Virus record (IMG/VR): IMGVR_UViG_3300036766_000194
Coordinates: 186,001-250,000 of that record
Length of the DNA: 64,000 nt
Strand: one strand, 5' to 3'
Shown: piece after piece, positions 36,504 to 46,286 of the stretch
Position numbering within the stretch: the first letter of the stretch is position 1
Layout: each line of letters opens with the position of its first letter
Position numbers and translations under genes: made by a program
Notes under the pieces: generated by a model
What the model saw: only the letters and a program-made list of their open reading frames with translations
What the model was told of the DNA's origin: nothing
The model's database searches: none

Positions 36504-36943
36504 GTTGTTCCCCTGCATTTTACACAACGATAGTGTTCATCATCTTCCACAAGAGTATTTTCGTATGGAAGATTCATGTCAGATTTAATCTTAGCAATAG
36601 CAGAAGGGTTACTAAGAATACACCTGTCTGCCGTTATGACATATTTTCTTGACTCTATTAAATAAGTCACTCTACCCCGAGGAATATCATCGTATTTTTG
36701 ATCTTTTGGTATTACATCGGCTCTTTGATATATTCCCCAAATAGTACCGTGGTCTCTAGGGTTTATTTTGAACCCACAAACTTCTGGTGCTTCAGTAACA
36801 GGTAATCCATCACCCAGAAGTCTACCATCATCCAAAAGCCAAAAAGGACCTACTTCGGGAATTCCCGCTTGTTTTGCAGATGAAATCTTTTGTCCTACTT
36901 CATACATATCCACTAATAATTTTTTATATTCTAGATTAGACAT
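36500..36943 (-). CDS. Hypothetical protein (GPFW...H...YDDIPRGRV)
   Basis: ORF track; coupled to MetAP. Confidence 0.75.
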   Translation of the reverse strand: MSNLEYKKLLVDMYEVGQKISSAKQAGIPEVGPFWLLDDGRLLGDGLPVTEAPEVCGFKINPRDHGTIWGIYQRADVIPKDQKYDDIPRGRVTYLIESRKYVITADRCILSNPSAIAKIKSDMNLPYENTLVEDDEHYRCVKCRGTT

Positions 36944-37647
36944 TATTTCACCGTCACCGTTCTTTCAAAATGAGCGGATACTCCCCCACCTTGGAGTTTA
37001 ACGGTCCACTTATTATTCTTGTCAATTACAGTGTATCCTTTATTGGAACTAAGCATTGGTTCAATAGCCAGACGCATACCAGCTTCCAACTTAACGGGCA
37101 CTCCTACGGGCTTATTAGGGACGTCAGGAGCCATATGAAGGGCTGTTCCTATCCCATGTCCACTATATCCCTCAATAACTGAGAAACCCTCCCGCTGAGC
37201 AACCGCGTAGATAGCTCTGGCTATGTCATGGGTCGTGTTGCCTGCCTTGGCTTGGGCTACTCCCGCTTCTAGAGCTTCTTTTGTGGTCTTTACTAGACGA
37301 CGGGCTACCGCAGAACCCGCCCGTTCTCCCACGATTACCGTAAGAGCACCGTCATCAAAATTTCCTTCTGCATCCTTCAAACCTAAATCTAGTTTGACTA
37401 TATCTCCGAATTGAAATTTTCTATCATCAGGAATTCCATGAATGACTTCCCCGTTGATACTGACACAGAGAACATTTGGAAATCCTTCTGTTGGAGCGTT
37501 TCCTCCTGGAGTATAGTGTAAAAACGCTGATTCTACCTTTTGTTGTCTAAGTAACCCCGATGCCAAAGAATCTAGGTTCTTTCCAGTAGATCCCTCCACC
37601 GTCAACGCTGCCAGAATTTCTAAAATAGACTGTAAGGGAGAATTCAC
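36943..37647 (-). CDS. map: Methionine aminopeptidase type I
   Basis: CVSINGEVIHGIP, DLG, DDGALT, GHGIG, AIEPM, AHFE: all five metal-ligand positions present. Confidence 0.95.
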   Translation of the reverse strand: MNSPLQSILEILAALTVEGSTGKNLDSLASGLLRQQKVESAFLHYTPGGNAPTEGFPNVLCVSINGEVIHGIPDDRKFQFGDIVKLDLGLKDAEGNFDDGALTVIVGERAGSAVARRLVKTTKEALEAGVAQAKAGNTTHDIARAIYAVAQREGFSVIEGYSGHGIGTALHMAPDVPNKPVGVPVKLEAGMRLAIEPMLSSNKGYTVIDKNNKWTVKLQGGGVSAHFERTVTVK

Positions 37648-38015
37648 TTTTTCCTCTTTCCTTCTGTTTTAAGTTGTTTTTCAATAGCAGCAAATAACCA
37701 CCTTAGCACCTTAATGTCTTTAATCCTCTTTTTATTTGTGTTGCTTATGGAAAAATCGGGGTAAACACCAGAAGGAGTTGGAATCTTTGCCATAGCATCA
37801 AGAACAGAAGTGTAATAATTTAGTAGTTCAAATCCCCCACGGACACTCTTTATCAGAGGTTTTAATTTTCTATCTCTACGGAAGAGATTTTCTATGGCTT
37901 TTATGGAATCTTCACGAAGCCGCTTTGTGTTTTCACTTTCAGTAATACAGGTAGAACACCCACCGCCACCCCCATCGCAAGAACCTGCTTTATAAGACAT
38001 AGCCCAATCACTCAT
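37644..38015 (-). CDS. Hypothetical protein
   Basis: ORF track; coupled. Confidence 0.65.
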   Translation of the reverse strand: MSDWAMSYKAGSCDGGGGGCSTCITESENTKRLREDSIKAIENLFRRDRKLKPLIKSVRGGFELLNYYTSVLDAMAKIPTPSGVYPDFSISNTNKKRIKDIKVLRWLFAAIEKQLKTEGKRKK

Positions 38016-38410
38016 TAATTTACCCTCTCCTTCTCTTTTGCCATCTCTAAGAGATGTTGGAGAAGTATGCCGACACGAAAAAGCTCGTCCATAGATGTGT
38101 AGGTTAAGAGGAGATAGAAAATTGTGTATTCAACACTGTGAAGTTCATTAGAAATCTTAAACTCTTCTAAGAACTTAGGCTCACGACTATAAGGCAGGTC
38201 AAGCACCTTATTTTCTAATAATTCAGTCAGCTTTTCATGATAATGAATAGACTTTTCTACATCTTGAACCCCGTTTTTCTTCTTCCAACGGGTGATATAT
38301 TTTGTTATCTGGGCTTCAAAATAACCCATCTTATTATGAGCTACTAAATCCCAATGCTGTAATCCCGAGCGGTAGTGATCCCCCGCCACTTGACGTTCAT
38401 TCGCTGCCAT
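38015..38410 (-). CDS. DUF3310/SaV-like protein
   Basis: QVAGDHY...QHWD...YFEAQITKYITRWKKKNGVQDVEKSIHY. Confidence 0.85.
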   Translation of the reverse strand: MAANERQVAGDHYRSGLQHWDLVAHNKMGYFEAQITKYITRWKKKNGVQDVEKSIHYHEKLTELLENKVLDLPYSREPKFLEEFKISNELHSVEYTIFYLLLTYTSMDELFRVGILLQHLLEMAKEKERVN

Positions 38411-38437
38411 TTAGACCCTCTTTTAGGATAATACTTC

Positions 38438-38779
38438 CTATTGAGAGTAATACTTTATAATTTCCTCAACGTCAACATATGGCCCCTTATGGCCTAGACT
38501 CTTTTCGGAATTCATCTTATCCTTAAAGAGTTTTACAACCCGTTCATTCGTAGGATTCCAAGAACACTTGATCACAGATTCCTGAAAGGTGACTGAAGAA
38601 ATAACGAATTTAGTAAGAGTGAAAGGGTGAAGCAGAGTCGTTTGTTTGGGTGACTGATCCAGAACAAAGTAGATAGACTCTCCATCCACTGGAGCCGAGA
38701 ACGACTTGGTTAGATACAAAGAACAGTATCCAAATTTGGGAATTTGGATATCTTCATCGGGCATAGGTAGCGTTTCCAT
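38438..38779 (-). CDS. Hypothetical protein
   Basis: ORF behind a CAGTAGAATA motif. Confidence 0.65.
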   Translation of the reverse strand: METLPMPDEDIQIPKFGYCSLYLTKSFSAPVDGESIYFVLDQSPKQTTLLHPFTLTKFVISSVTFQESVIKCSWNPTNERVVKLFKDKMNSEKSLGHKGPYVDVEEIIKYYSQ

Positions 38780-38913
38780 ACCCTTATTCTACTGTCTCTA
38801 TTGTATTTAGGTTAATTTTGAAGATCATCTTGGTATATGGATACACAAAATCTCTTTGATGGAACTACGAACTAGATACCTTGTGAGCTTTGTTTTAGAG
38901 GGAATAATTTCTA

Positions 38914-40308
38914 TCATATTTTAGCCAACTCCCTAATTTCGTCTAGGGTCTGAATACGCTTCATCTCCCCGTTGCGGAAGACCAGTTCAAGTTGGTCAAA
39001 AGGAACACCATTACCATAAGTATCCGGAATTGTAACCCAATGACCTCCTAGTTGCTTGAGAAGAGCCAGACGACCACCCTTGCTGGCCTTGCCTTTATCG
39101 GTGACTGGATCCTTGCTAACCGGGGTATCTACTCCGTCAATAACCGCATTACAAAGTTTAATGGCAACCTTCTGAGTATCACGATTGACCTTTTGAAGCA
39201 GACCGCCTCCCATGCCATTGACTATGTTTTCAGTGCTCCAGTGAAAGTTCCTAATAGCACAAAGAAGTCCCTGAATAGAATATAGGTCCATACCATCTCC
39301 CCAGAGTGTACCAATACAAGGGGCGAGAACTTTATAGGACTTGGAATTTTCACGAAATCCAAAACACTCCCCAAAGATGTCGAACAACTGGGGAACTTGG
39401 GTAATAGGATCACCTGAGTCGGGACGGGCTACAACTTTTCCCTCTCGATTACGGATAATATCCCGATATTGATGACCAAGGATTTCCTTACAGAAATTGA
39501 AGATGTTGTAGGAATCCCCCACGAGACTAATGATTCCCTTGGGATACTTTCTTAATGCCGCGCCAACTTGTTCCGCTTCTCCATTACGGCCCTTGATAGT
39601 AAACATGGAGTGCTCTGTGGCAGGAACGCTATACCCAGAAACTCGGGGGGCACCATAGTACTGATGGAGATAATCCATGGCAATTTTAGTATCGGTGCCT
39701 AGAAAATTAATCAAATGGGCCGCACCGCCGCGAGCCGCCGCCTGAGTTCCCGTAGCCCCTCTAAATCCAAAGTCATGAAGTTGAAAGGGGAGCGCCGACA
39801 GGTCATCTGCGGTTTCTAGCAAAAACCGATGATAAATTTCCTTTGCCATGCGGCTCTTTGTAGCAACTGCGGTTGTATACCAGACATGTTGAAGAACGGT
39901 TTCCGCCCATTGACCAATCCAAGGTACCCGCTTATCTGTGGATTTAATGGTGTAAAGAACATTGCCGACAGGAACGACGCTGCCTTCCTTAACGGCTCGA
40001 ATTTCCATTGGTAGACGTCCGTTGTAGGTATCTAGGATATACTTCCAGTCGTCGTAATGGTAGGGAAAACCTGCGCCAAAATGCTGCTGGGAGTTCTCAT
40101 ACTCTTCATTCAGATCGTCCAGAGTAAAGAATTCACCCTCGAATTCCTCCATTAAAATTCCCTGTAACCCGAAGAATTCCGTGTACGGATACTCTCCTCC
40201 GCGAGCTTCAAAATACGATAGAAGTTCCGTAATCTCTGGTCCGTAGAAATGTGTATCTTTGTAGCTATCCGCTTTACGAAGAGGATTGGGTTTAAACGGA
40301 GTGGGCAT
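38914..40308 (-). CDS. nadV: Nicotinamide phosphoribosyltransferase (NAMPT)
   Basis: DSYK, FFGLQ, LHDFGFRG, HLINFLGTD, SVPATEHS, SLVGDSY, RPDSGDP, WGDG, FGMGG-like NGMGGGLLQKVNRDT. Confidence 0.95.
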   Translation of the reverse strand: MPTPFKPNPLRKADSYKDTHFYGPEITELLSYFEARGGEYPYTEFFGLQGILMEEFEGEFFTLDDLNEEYENSQQHFGAGFPYHYDDWKYILDTYNGRLPMEIRAVKEGSVVPVGNVLYTIKSTDKRVPWIGQWAETVLQHVWYTTAVATKSRMAKEIYHRFLLETADDLSALPFQLHDFGFRGATGTQAAARGGAAHLINFLGTDTKIAMDYLHQYYGAPRVSGYSVPATEHSMFTIKGRNGEAEQVGAALRKYPKGIISLVGDSYNIFNFCKEILGHQYRDIIRNREGKVVARPDSGDPITQVPQLFDIFGECFGFRENSKSYKVLAPCIGTLWGDGMDLYSIQGLLCAIRNFHWSTENIVNGMGGGLLQKVNRDTQKVAIKLCNAVIDGVDTPVSKDPVTDKGKASKGGRLALLKQLGGHWVTIPDTYGNGVPFDQLELVFRNGEMKRIQTLDEIRELAKI

Positions 40309-40495
40309 ATGTTTTCTCCATATAACTTTTCAAACGAAGATGAACCGTCTGCTTTTCGTCCCATAAGGACGCTAATATCACATACAGGACCACGAGGACT
40401 CCTATGAATGATGGCAATGTCCACGCCCAATACTTGCCCTTTTCAATGCGCTCTGTTAGGTTCTGGATTCCTATCTCCTTAATCCACCGTTCCAA
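40292..40495 (-). CDS. Small membrane protein
   Basis: One TM segment. Confidence 0.5.
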   Translation of the reverse strand: MERWIKEIGIQNLTERIEKGKYWAWTLPSFIGVLVVLYVILASLWDEKQTVHLRLKSYMEKTYAHSV

Positions 40496-40573
40496 AATGG
40501 CTTTCTTCTTGGTCGTGCGGGAAGAAAGACGGTCAATTTCAACTTGTATATTCTTAATCTTTTTGTGCAGAAA

Positions 40574-40840
40574 TCATGATAAGGGTTTCTCCCCGTGTTC
40601 ACCATATGCTTTCATAGCTTTATTTCTCAATTTTTTATCCTGCTTACTCTGCCAATCCTTAACATGAGGAACAAGTTCTTCGGGTTTTGTGTCTGGATAA
40701 TCAGCGAAATTAATTAAATCCACAGCAACGGCGTGGGGGTTACCGACAAGAACCCAGTCATAACCTCCTTCTAAAGAGTTATTAAGGTCACGACCTACCG
40801 TACCAGCAAGGTCCGCTGGACGTTCAGGCTCCTGCTTCAT
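40574..40840 (-). CDS. Hypothetical protein
   Basis: ORF track; coupled. Confidence 0.65.
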   Translation of the reverse strand: MKQEPERPADLAGTVGRDLNNSLEGGYDWVLVGNPHAVAVDLINFADYPDTKPEELVPHVKDWQSKQDKKLRNKAMKAYGEHGEKPLS

Positions 40841-41090
40841 CTCGTTCCTTTTCTCTCCAGAATTCCAAATTAATTTCAGGGTGAACTTCCTTCGAGCCGA
40901 CAGGCCTCATATTTTTAGCATACTGCGGGAGCATAGATACTCTAGCCCCTGTATCATCTACAAAAACCACATGACCCATAGACGAGTCAAACTCGTGTAA
41001 GACTCGAAAGTACGCAGTGTAGACGGTCCCGTCCTTACGAGTTACCAAGGCTGCAAAGTAATCGCCTTCCTGTAATGGTAGTCTACTCAT
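40824..41090 (-). CDS. Hypothetical protein
   Basis: ORF track. Confidence 0.65.
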   Translation of the reverse strand: MSRLPLQEGDYFAALVTRKDGTVYTAYFRVLHEFDSSMGHVVFVDDTGARVSMLPQYAKNMRPVGSKEVHPEINLEFWREKERDEAGA

Positions 41091-41207
41091 GAATTTCAGA
41101 AAGAGTTAATACTTCATCTTTCTCTGGAGATACTTGTGGCATCTATCAGATACTCAATGTTAATACTGCCAAATCCTACATCGGCAGCTCTGAGGATATA
41201 GTATATA

Positions 41208-43115
41208 CTATCTTATCCCAATCTCCCAAAGGAATCTAGAGGGGGCTACGATAGTGGTATTAGGTCCCACCTGTATTAGCCCTGGTATACAAAGAATTAA
41301 CTGATCTTTAGCTCTTGTAATTGCAACGTAAAAAAGTCTGCGCTCCTCTTCCAATTCTTCCGCGTTTCCCATTGAAAATCTATGTGGTAGACTTCCCTCA
41401 TACAGACCCACAATATAACACCGTTTCCATTCTAGCCCCTTAGCTGAATGAATCGTAGAAACTGTTACTTTTCCCTCTTCACTCTTATCTTCAGTACGGT
41501 CCAGGGTGAGTTGGAATACAAGATCTTCAGTTGTCAGCCCAGTATTTTCGGTTAAGGTGGAAACCATCTCCTTTAACCGTTCAAGATTCTCTAATTTGGT
41601 AATAACTTTTTGATGATCCTTCTTATATTTCTCAGCAATGTATTCCCTATATCTGGTCATCTGGATAATCAAATCAATTGCTTTTACAGGGTCGTCTTTA
41701 GCTTCAATCACGAGCGTAAGAACTTGTATAAACATGTTCAGCTTAGGAAGTTTAGCCGCTGCTGCTTCAAGAAGATTGTCGTTGTAGTCCTTAGCTAAGA
41801 ATCTAAGTTTCTCCAATGCTCCCGGTCCTATTCCTCGCTTAGGAGCGGAGACGGCTCGTGATAGGGCCATGAAATCATTGGGATTAGTAGCTAGACGGAG
41901 ATAAGATAGGATGTCACGGACTTCTTCTGTAGCAAGCAACCCACGTCCACCACGTATAACGTAAGGTACTCGCCAACGAACAAGCTCCGTTTCAATATCC
42001 CTAACTTGCATAGCGGAGCGGACCAGGATACAGTTGTCCCGGTATAGAATTAGGTTCTTGCGTCGGTTGTCACTGTAGATCTCTTCTACAATTTTCTTAG
42101 CCAGATCACAAGGCATACTGGCTTTATAGGTTTTTACAGATCCCGTATGACCTAGAGTTTCTCTAAAACACTCCATCTTTAGCGGGAGGGTGTGGGTCAT
42201 TTTTGCTTGAACAGCGTTAGCCATTTTGACTACTTCAGGAACGCTACGATGATTCCTAGCAATGTGATATAATCTAGGTTTTATTCCGCGCCAGTCCTCA
42301 CTGTATTCTTTCAATAGACGCGGGCAAGCGCCATTGAAGGCGTAAATGCTTTGGCTCATATCCCCAACCGCATAGAGATTACGATTCTCTGGCCCTAGGA
42401 AAAGATTGACCACCTTCCATTGTATGGGTGAGAGATCTTGCGCTTCGTCTACGAGAACGTGCTCGAAGGCATGTTGTAGGGCAATGAGCCAGGGTAGATC
42501 AACTTCGCCACGTCTAACCACGATATGCAACATGTCATCAAAATCTACAACAGAATTAGCAGTTTTCTCTCGTTCATAAGCTGCCCAAAGTTCCTGAGCT
42601 TCTCTTTCCATAGCGTGATAGCCCGCATGAGAGGTTAAAGCTGCTGCGTGTACTTCTGCTGTATAGTCTTTACTGAATCCAACCCCACGAGCGCGATGAT
42701 AAGAGATTTGTTCAAGAACGAAATAGGGATTGATTTCTACCTGTGCCCGTTCTACAAGTTTCTTCATCATCTGGGACTGATCGTAATCGTCTAAAGGAGA
42801 AACTTTTTCTTGTAAACCAAACCCTTTAGGATTACGACGGATAGCAGACAAGGCTAAGGAATGAATAGTGGAAACGCGGGGGCAGAGATCATGAGGAGTC
42901 TCGTCATTTAAGCCGAGACGCTCTACCATTTCATCTGCGGCCTTGTTCGTAAAAGTTACCGCCAAAACACGCTTGGGAGGAACGCGCTGGCCCATCAGAT
43001 AGCGGACACGCTCAGTTAAGACACGAGTTTTACCGCTTCCCGCGCCTGCTATTAGACACGCGGGTTCGTTTAACGGATGTTCTACGGCTAGTTTTTGTTC
43101 TTCGTTTAGGTCCAC
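41208..43115 (-). CDS. uvrD: UvrD/PcrA-family SF1 helicase, lacking the C-terminal Tudor domain
   Basis: AGAGSGKT, VTFTNKAA, STIHSL, VDEAQD, VGDMSQSIYAF, NHRS, STIHSAKGLEW, EERRLFYVAITRA; start set at GTG (MDLNEEQ). Confidence 0.95.
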   Translation of the reverse strand: MDLNEEQKLAVEHPLNEPACLIAGAGSGKTRVLTERVRYLMGQRVPPKRVLAVTFTNKAADEMVERLGLNDETPHDLCPRVSTIHSLALSAIRRNPKGFGLQEKVSPLDDYDQSQMMKKLVERAQVEINPYFVLEQISYHRARGVGFSKDYTAEVHAAALTSHAGYHAMEREAQELWAAYEREKTANSVVDFDDMLHIVVRRGEVDLPWLIALQHAFEHVLVDEAQDLSPIQWKVVNLFLGPENRNLYAVGDMSQSIYAFNGACPRLLKEYSEDWRGIKPRLYHIARNHRSVPEVVKMANAVQAKMTHTLPLKMECFRETLGHTGSVKTYKASMPCDLAKKIVEEIYSDNRRKNLILYRDNCILVRSAMQVRDIETELVRWRVPYVIRGGRGLLATEEVRDILSYLRLATNPNDFMALSRAVSAPKRGIGPGALEKLRFLAKDYNDNLLEAAAAKLPKLNMFIQVLTLVIEAKDDPVKAIDLIIQMTRYREYIAEKYKKDHQKVITKLENLERLKEMVSTLTENTGLTTEDLVFQLTLDRTEDKSEEGKVTVSTIHSAKGLEWKRCYIVGLYEGSLPHRFSMGNAEELEEERRLFYVAITRAKDQLILCIPGLIQVGPNTTIVAPSRFLWEIGIR

Positions 43116-43508
43116 GCTTGAGTGCCTTTTCTTTATGTAATTTCTTCCAATCGGTATGATCCCAAACACACCCGTTAGTACAATACTGTTTTATTTTGGG
43201 CTTATAATTTGTACAACCAGGATAGGCGCAAATAATTTTCTTACAACCATCTACATCAAGATGTTCGGCATCCTAGTGACTGTTTTACCCCACTTATTAC
43301 AACGATACACAGTCCACTCGTCCGAAGCACCTCTATTGCCAAGAAATACCCAATGATGTAACATTTAGAACGCAGCCTTTTTGATATTCTCAGGACGAAA
43401 ATAATCATGGACGTAGAATACCGTGCCACCCCCATTCACGCCATCAAAAAAACTTCTGCTCAAAACTCACTTGACACTGAGGCAATATTTGATATATTTT
43501 TTCTTCCA

Positions 43509-44279
43509 TTAAAACGCAGCCTTCTGTTGAGAATTTTGAATCCTTTCCCATTGCTTCGGCCACCCAGTCTTATACCATACCCCGATAATGGCCTCAGCAT
43601 CTTCAGTGTTCAAAAAAGCATTACCAAATTCGCTGTTGTAGGAAGTTTTCTCATTCAGACTCCGCCATCCGATTATGAGACGTAGCAACCCATCTTCTCG
43701 TTTTACGGTTCCAACCAGAGGGTCAACTCCATGTTTGCAACTAGCGTTATCAAAGATCAGCAGATCTCCCGCTTGAGCGGCTACAACTTCTTCCGTTCCA
43801 TCAGGTAGATAAATACGAGTTCCACCACCATCGGTGTCGTTGACAAGAGTGAGTACCGCGACTTTATCGGGACGGATGCTACGCTTAATATCTAGGTTCC
43901 CGTTATCAATAGAAAAATCTAGCAATTCTCCATCATGATGTTTAGGAACAACTTCAGAAGAAGAGAAGTACTCCTGAACATTGAAAAGTATTCTTGCTTT
44001 AAGAGACAATCCGAGTTCTCCCAAGGCGCGTCGGTGAAGGTCTACTAGATTTTCCAATCTTACATTGAAGAGGTCAATGAAAGGAAGTTCCCCATTATAG
44101 TAGAGAGAAGTCGCATAGGCATGGGAAGTTCTATTGGGATGGGTATCGCTTAGATAAGCCGCATGACAGGCTAAGTTTTCTTGAGTATAGAAAGTCTTCT
44201 TAAAAGAGAACGTCTCCTTAATAATGTTCTCAATCTGATTTTGTGGTACGAAGTTCTTGATAAGATGGTAGTAGTTCAC
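43509..44279 (-). CDS. 2OG-Fe(II) oxygenase
   Basis: HHD...GGGT...GDLLIFDN...HGV...R triad pattern. Confidence 0.8.
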   Translation of the reverse strand: MNYYHLIKNFVPQNQIENIIKETFSFKKTFYTQENLACHAAYLSDTHPNRTSHAYATSLYYNGELPFIDLFNVRLENLVDLHRRALGELGLSLKARILFNVQEYFSSSEVVPKHHDGELLDFSIDNGNLDIKRSIRPDKVAVLTLVNDTDGGGTRIYLPDGTEEVVAAQAGDLLIFDNASCKHGVDPLVGTVKREDGLLRLIIGWRSLNEKTSYNSEFGNAFLNTEDAEAIIGVWYKTGWPKQWERIQNSQQKAAF

Positions 44280-44408
44280 TGTGCCCCCAAGGGGTTAATA
44301 CTGTAGAAGCAGGGATTGAGCAAGCTGTTAAAACTCCTCTTCTCGCAATATTAAATATCGAGGAGAGATGTCTCAATGAATAAGCTATTGAGTTATTTCA
44401 AAGTTATT

Positions 44409-44708
44409 CTACTTTAACTTCACCCTATCCGTATTACACAGCACCTGAAGCTCACACCCATAATGTCGCTTCTCAGCGCCACGAATAACAGGATGGTCGT
44501 AATAACAAATACCACACTTTTCACAAATGCGGTCTCCTCCCGCTCGATAATAGCGGAAGGCTTTATTCCAAGTGTTCTCATCTCCAGCTAGGTTATCACG
44601 CTCAACATCTAAGAGGTGGGAATTATTACAGAAAAAATTCAACTCCGCTCGTCTAACGTTGTGGTTATGATGGTGGTAGAAATTCTGACCTGGGTAATAT
44701 TCAGGCAC
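44409..44708 (-). CDS. Cys/His-rich hypothetical protein
   Basis: ICEKCG...HP...VLCN. Confidence 0.65.
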   Translation of the reverse strand: MPEYYPGQNFYHHHNHNVRRAELNFFCNNSHLLDVERDNLAGDENTWNKAFRYYRAGGDRICEKCGICYYDHPVIRGAEKRHYGCELQVLCNTDRVKLK

Positions 44709-45015
44709 AGGGATTCCCTTCTAACTCCATTTTAAACTTTTCATAATTGGTGCGAATTTCGTTGAAAGATTTTTCCACTCTCTTGAAATGACAACAACGA
44801 CAAATCTTCTCCGTCATACCATGAACATAAGCTAACGTAGATTCAGAAAAATTTACTGTCGCTTTATGAATTTCGCAGTCAACACAAAGGTCAGCCGCGA
44901 AGACTGCGCTACACTTAGGACAGCTAGGAACACGCCAAGCGTCGGTAGGCAAGTCAGCCTCAAACTCCCCATGCTTAAAACAAAACCATTTTTCACCTTG
45001 TCCGTATACGCTCAT
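44701..45015 (-). CDS. Cys-rich hypothetical protein
   Basis: Multiple CxxC motifs; AAGGAG SD. Confidence 0.65.
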   Translation of the reverse strand: MSVYGQGEKWFCFKHGEFEADLPTDAWRVPSCPKCSAVFAADLCVDCEIHKATVNFSESTLAYVHGMTEKICRCCHFKRVEKSFNEIRTNYEKFKMELEGNPCA

Positions 45016-45223
45016 ACAATCTCCTTACGGTAATTCTTCATCATCAGGAATGTTAAGTATTTTCCTAAGCAAAATTTCTTCTGGTGAAAGATGACCCTTA
45101 CCCTTATTGGGTTTAACTGATTTTCTTCCTTCATGCTTATCACACAATACGTCGTGCTGGTCGTTACAATGGGTAACTTTTCGTTCACAAAAGGAACAAT
45201 TCAAACCTTCTTTAATTTCAATC

Positions 45224-45952
45224 TCACAACCCCGGCAGATCGTATATTCCCGCCGCAGACGCAGCCTTTATCCACCACTTTCCCTCAGGACTCTCCCAAC
45301 TAGGAAGAGAACAATCGTGAGGATAAAACTCCATTTCTCTCCCAGTAAACAAAACCCTAAAATCATTAGCTATGATCTCTCCCGGAGAAGAATGCCATTT
45401 ACCTCCGGTGTATTTCTTGGAATAATCTTCTATCCCTCGGAGCTTCATGTATTCTTCTTTTAATTTTTCTTGATGAGTATCCGGGTACCCCATTTTACGA
45501 GCAACATAATCAAATACCGCATGACCGTACTCGTGGGGAACCAGGTAGCGCGTCATAGCAGGCATGATAGGAATACGCTTCGCGGCCAAAATTATGGAAA
45601 GGGCTTGACCGTAGGACCTTATTACCTTCCCATCATAGCGATTGATTTCTTCGTCCCACTCAGATCCGTCTTCCTTGTTATAGACAGAGTCTTCAAAAGT
45701 ACACCCATTTATTCTATCAACAAAGTCATGAGACAAAATCCATATGCCAACTCTAGCATCTTTTAAGGGGAATACTTTTTCGCATTGTGTGGCTAGACTG
45801 TTGACGAGTCCTATGTCGTGGGCATAAGCAGGATAAGGATCGACCTTATTATTACGAGGATATGTACCCGCTCCGCATTGATATACGGGCGTGGTTTCTT
45901 GACTTCCTAGCGGCCAATGAAGATCTTCAGGGGTTAGTAGAGTAACTTGCAT
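45224..45952 (-). CDS. Putative zinc metallopeptidase
   Basis: HEYGH motif with downstream EIIANDF. Confidence 0.65.
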   Translation of the reverse strand: MQVTLLTPEDLHWPLGSQETTPVYQCGAGTYPRNNKVDPYPAYAHDIGLVNSLATQCEKVFPLKDARVGIWILSHDFVDRINGCTFEDSVYNKEDGSEWDEEINRYDGKVIRSYGQALSIILAAKRIPIMPAMTRYLVPHEYGHAVFDYVARKMGYPDTHQEKLKEEYMKLRGIEDYSKKYTGGKWHSSPGEIIANDFRVLFTGREMEFYPHDCSLPSWESPEGKWWIKAASAAGIYDLPGL

Positions 45953-45972
45953 GAGTTACTAATACTGGAAAT

Positions 45973-46046
45973 TGGAGCACGGTGAGGGAATCGAACCCTC
46001 CTAGACGGTTTTGCAGACCGCCGCCTTCCCAATCGGCATACCGTGC
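45973..46046 (-). tRNA. tRNA-Cys(GCA)
   Basis: Cloverleaf; anticodon loop CT-GCA-AA; GGTTCGATTCC; encoded CCA. Confidence 0.95.
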
Positions 46047-46286
46047 TTAAAAATCGTTAACCGTTATCGGTTTTTGTATCCGAGTCTTACCGTTAATTCG
46101 GTCTGCCCAGAACTGTAAATTCTTTTCAAAATCTTTCCCTTTTTGAGGAAATATGTCCCAAAAAGCCATGTACGGATTATGGATGTCTTTTTCAAATCGG
46201 TCTTTCCCACAGAGCACGACCGCCGTGATCTTGTTAATGACCACGCCGCGCTCCCTTGCTTTCCGTATTCCGCCATCAAAGCTCAT
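46047..46286 (-). CDS. Hypothetical protein
   Basis: ATG overlaps the TGA of the upstream iscU-fragment ORF. Confidence 0.65.
   Translation of the reverse strand: MSFDGGIRKARERGVVINKITAVVLCGKDRFEKDIHNPYMAFWDIFPQKGKDFEKNLQFWADRINGKTRIQKPITVNDF

Noticed and set aside
43120-43370. Cys-rich coding fragments upstream of uvrD
   Set aside because: Split across two frames by stops; probably a small decayed gene with no recognisable family
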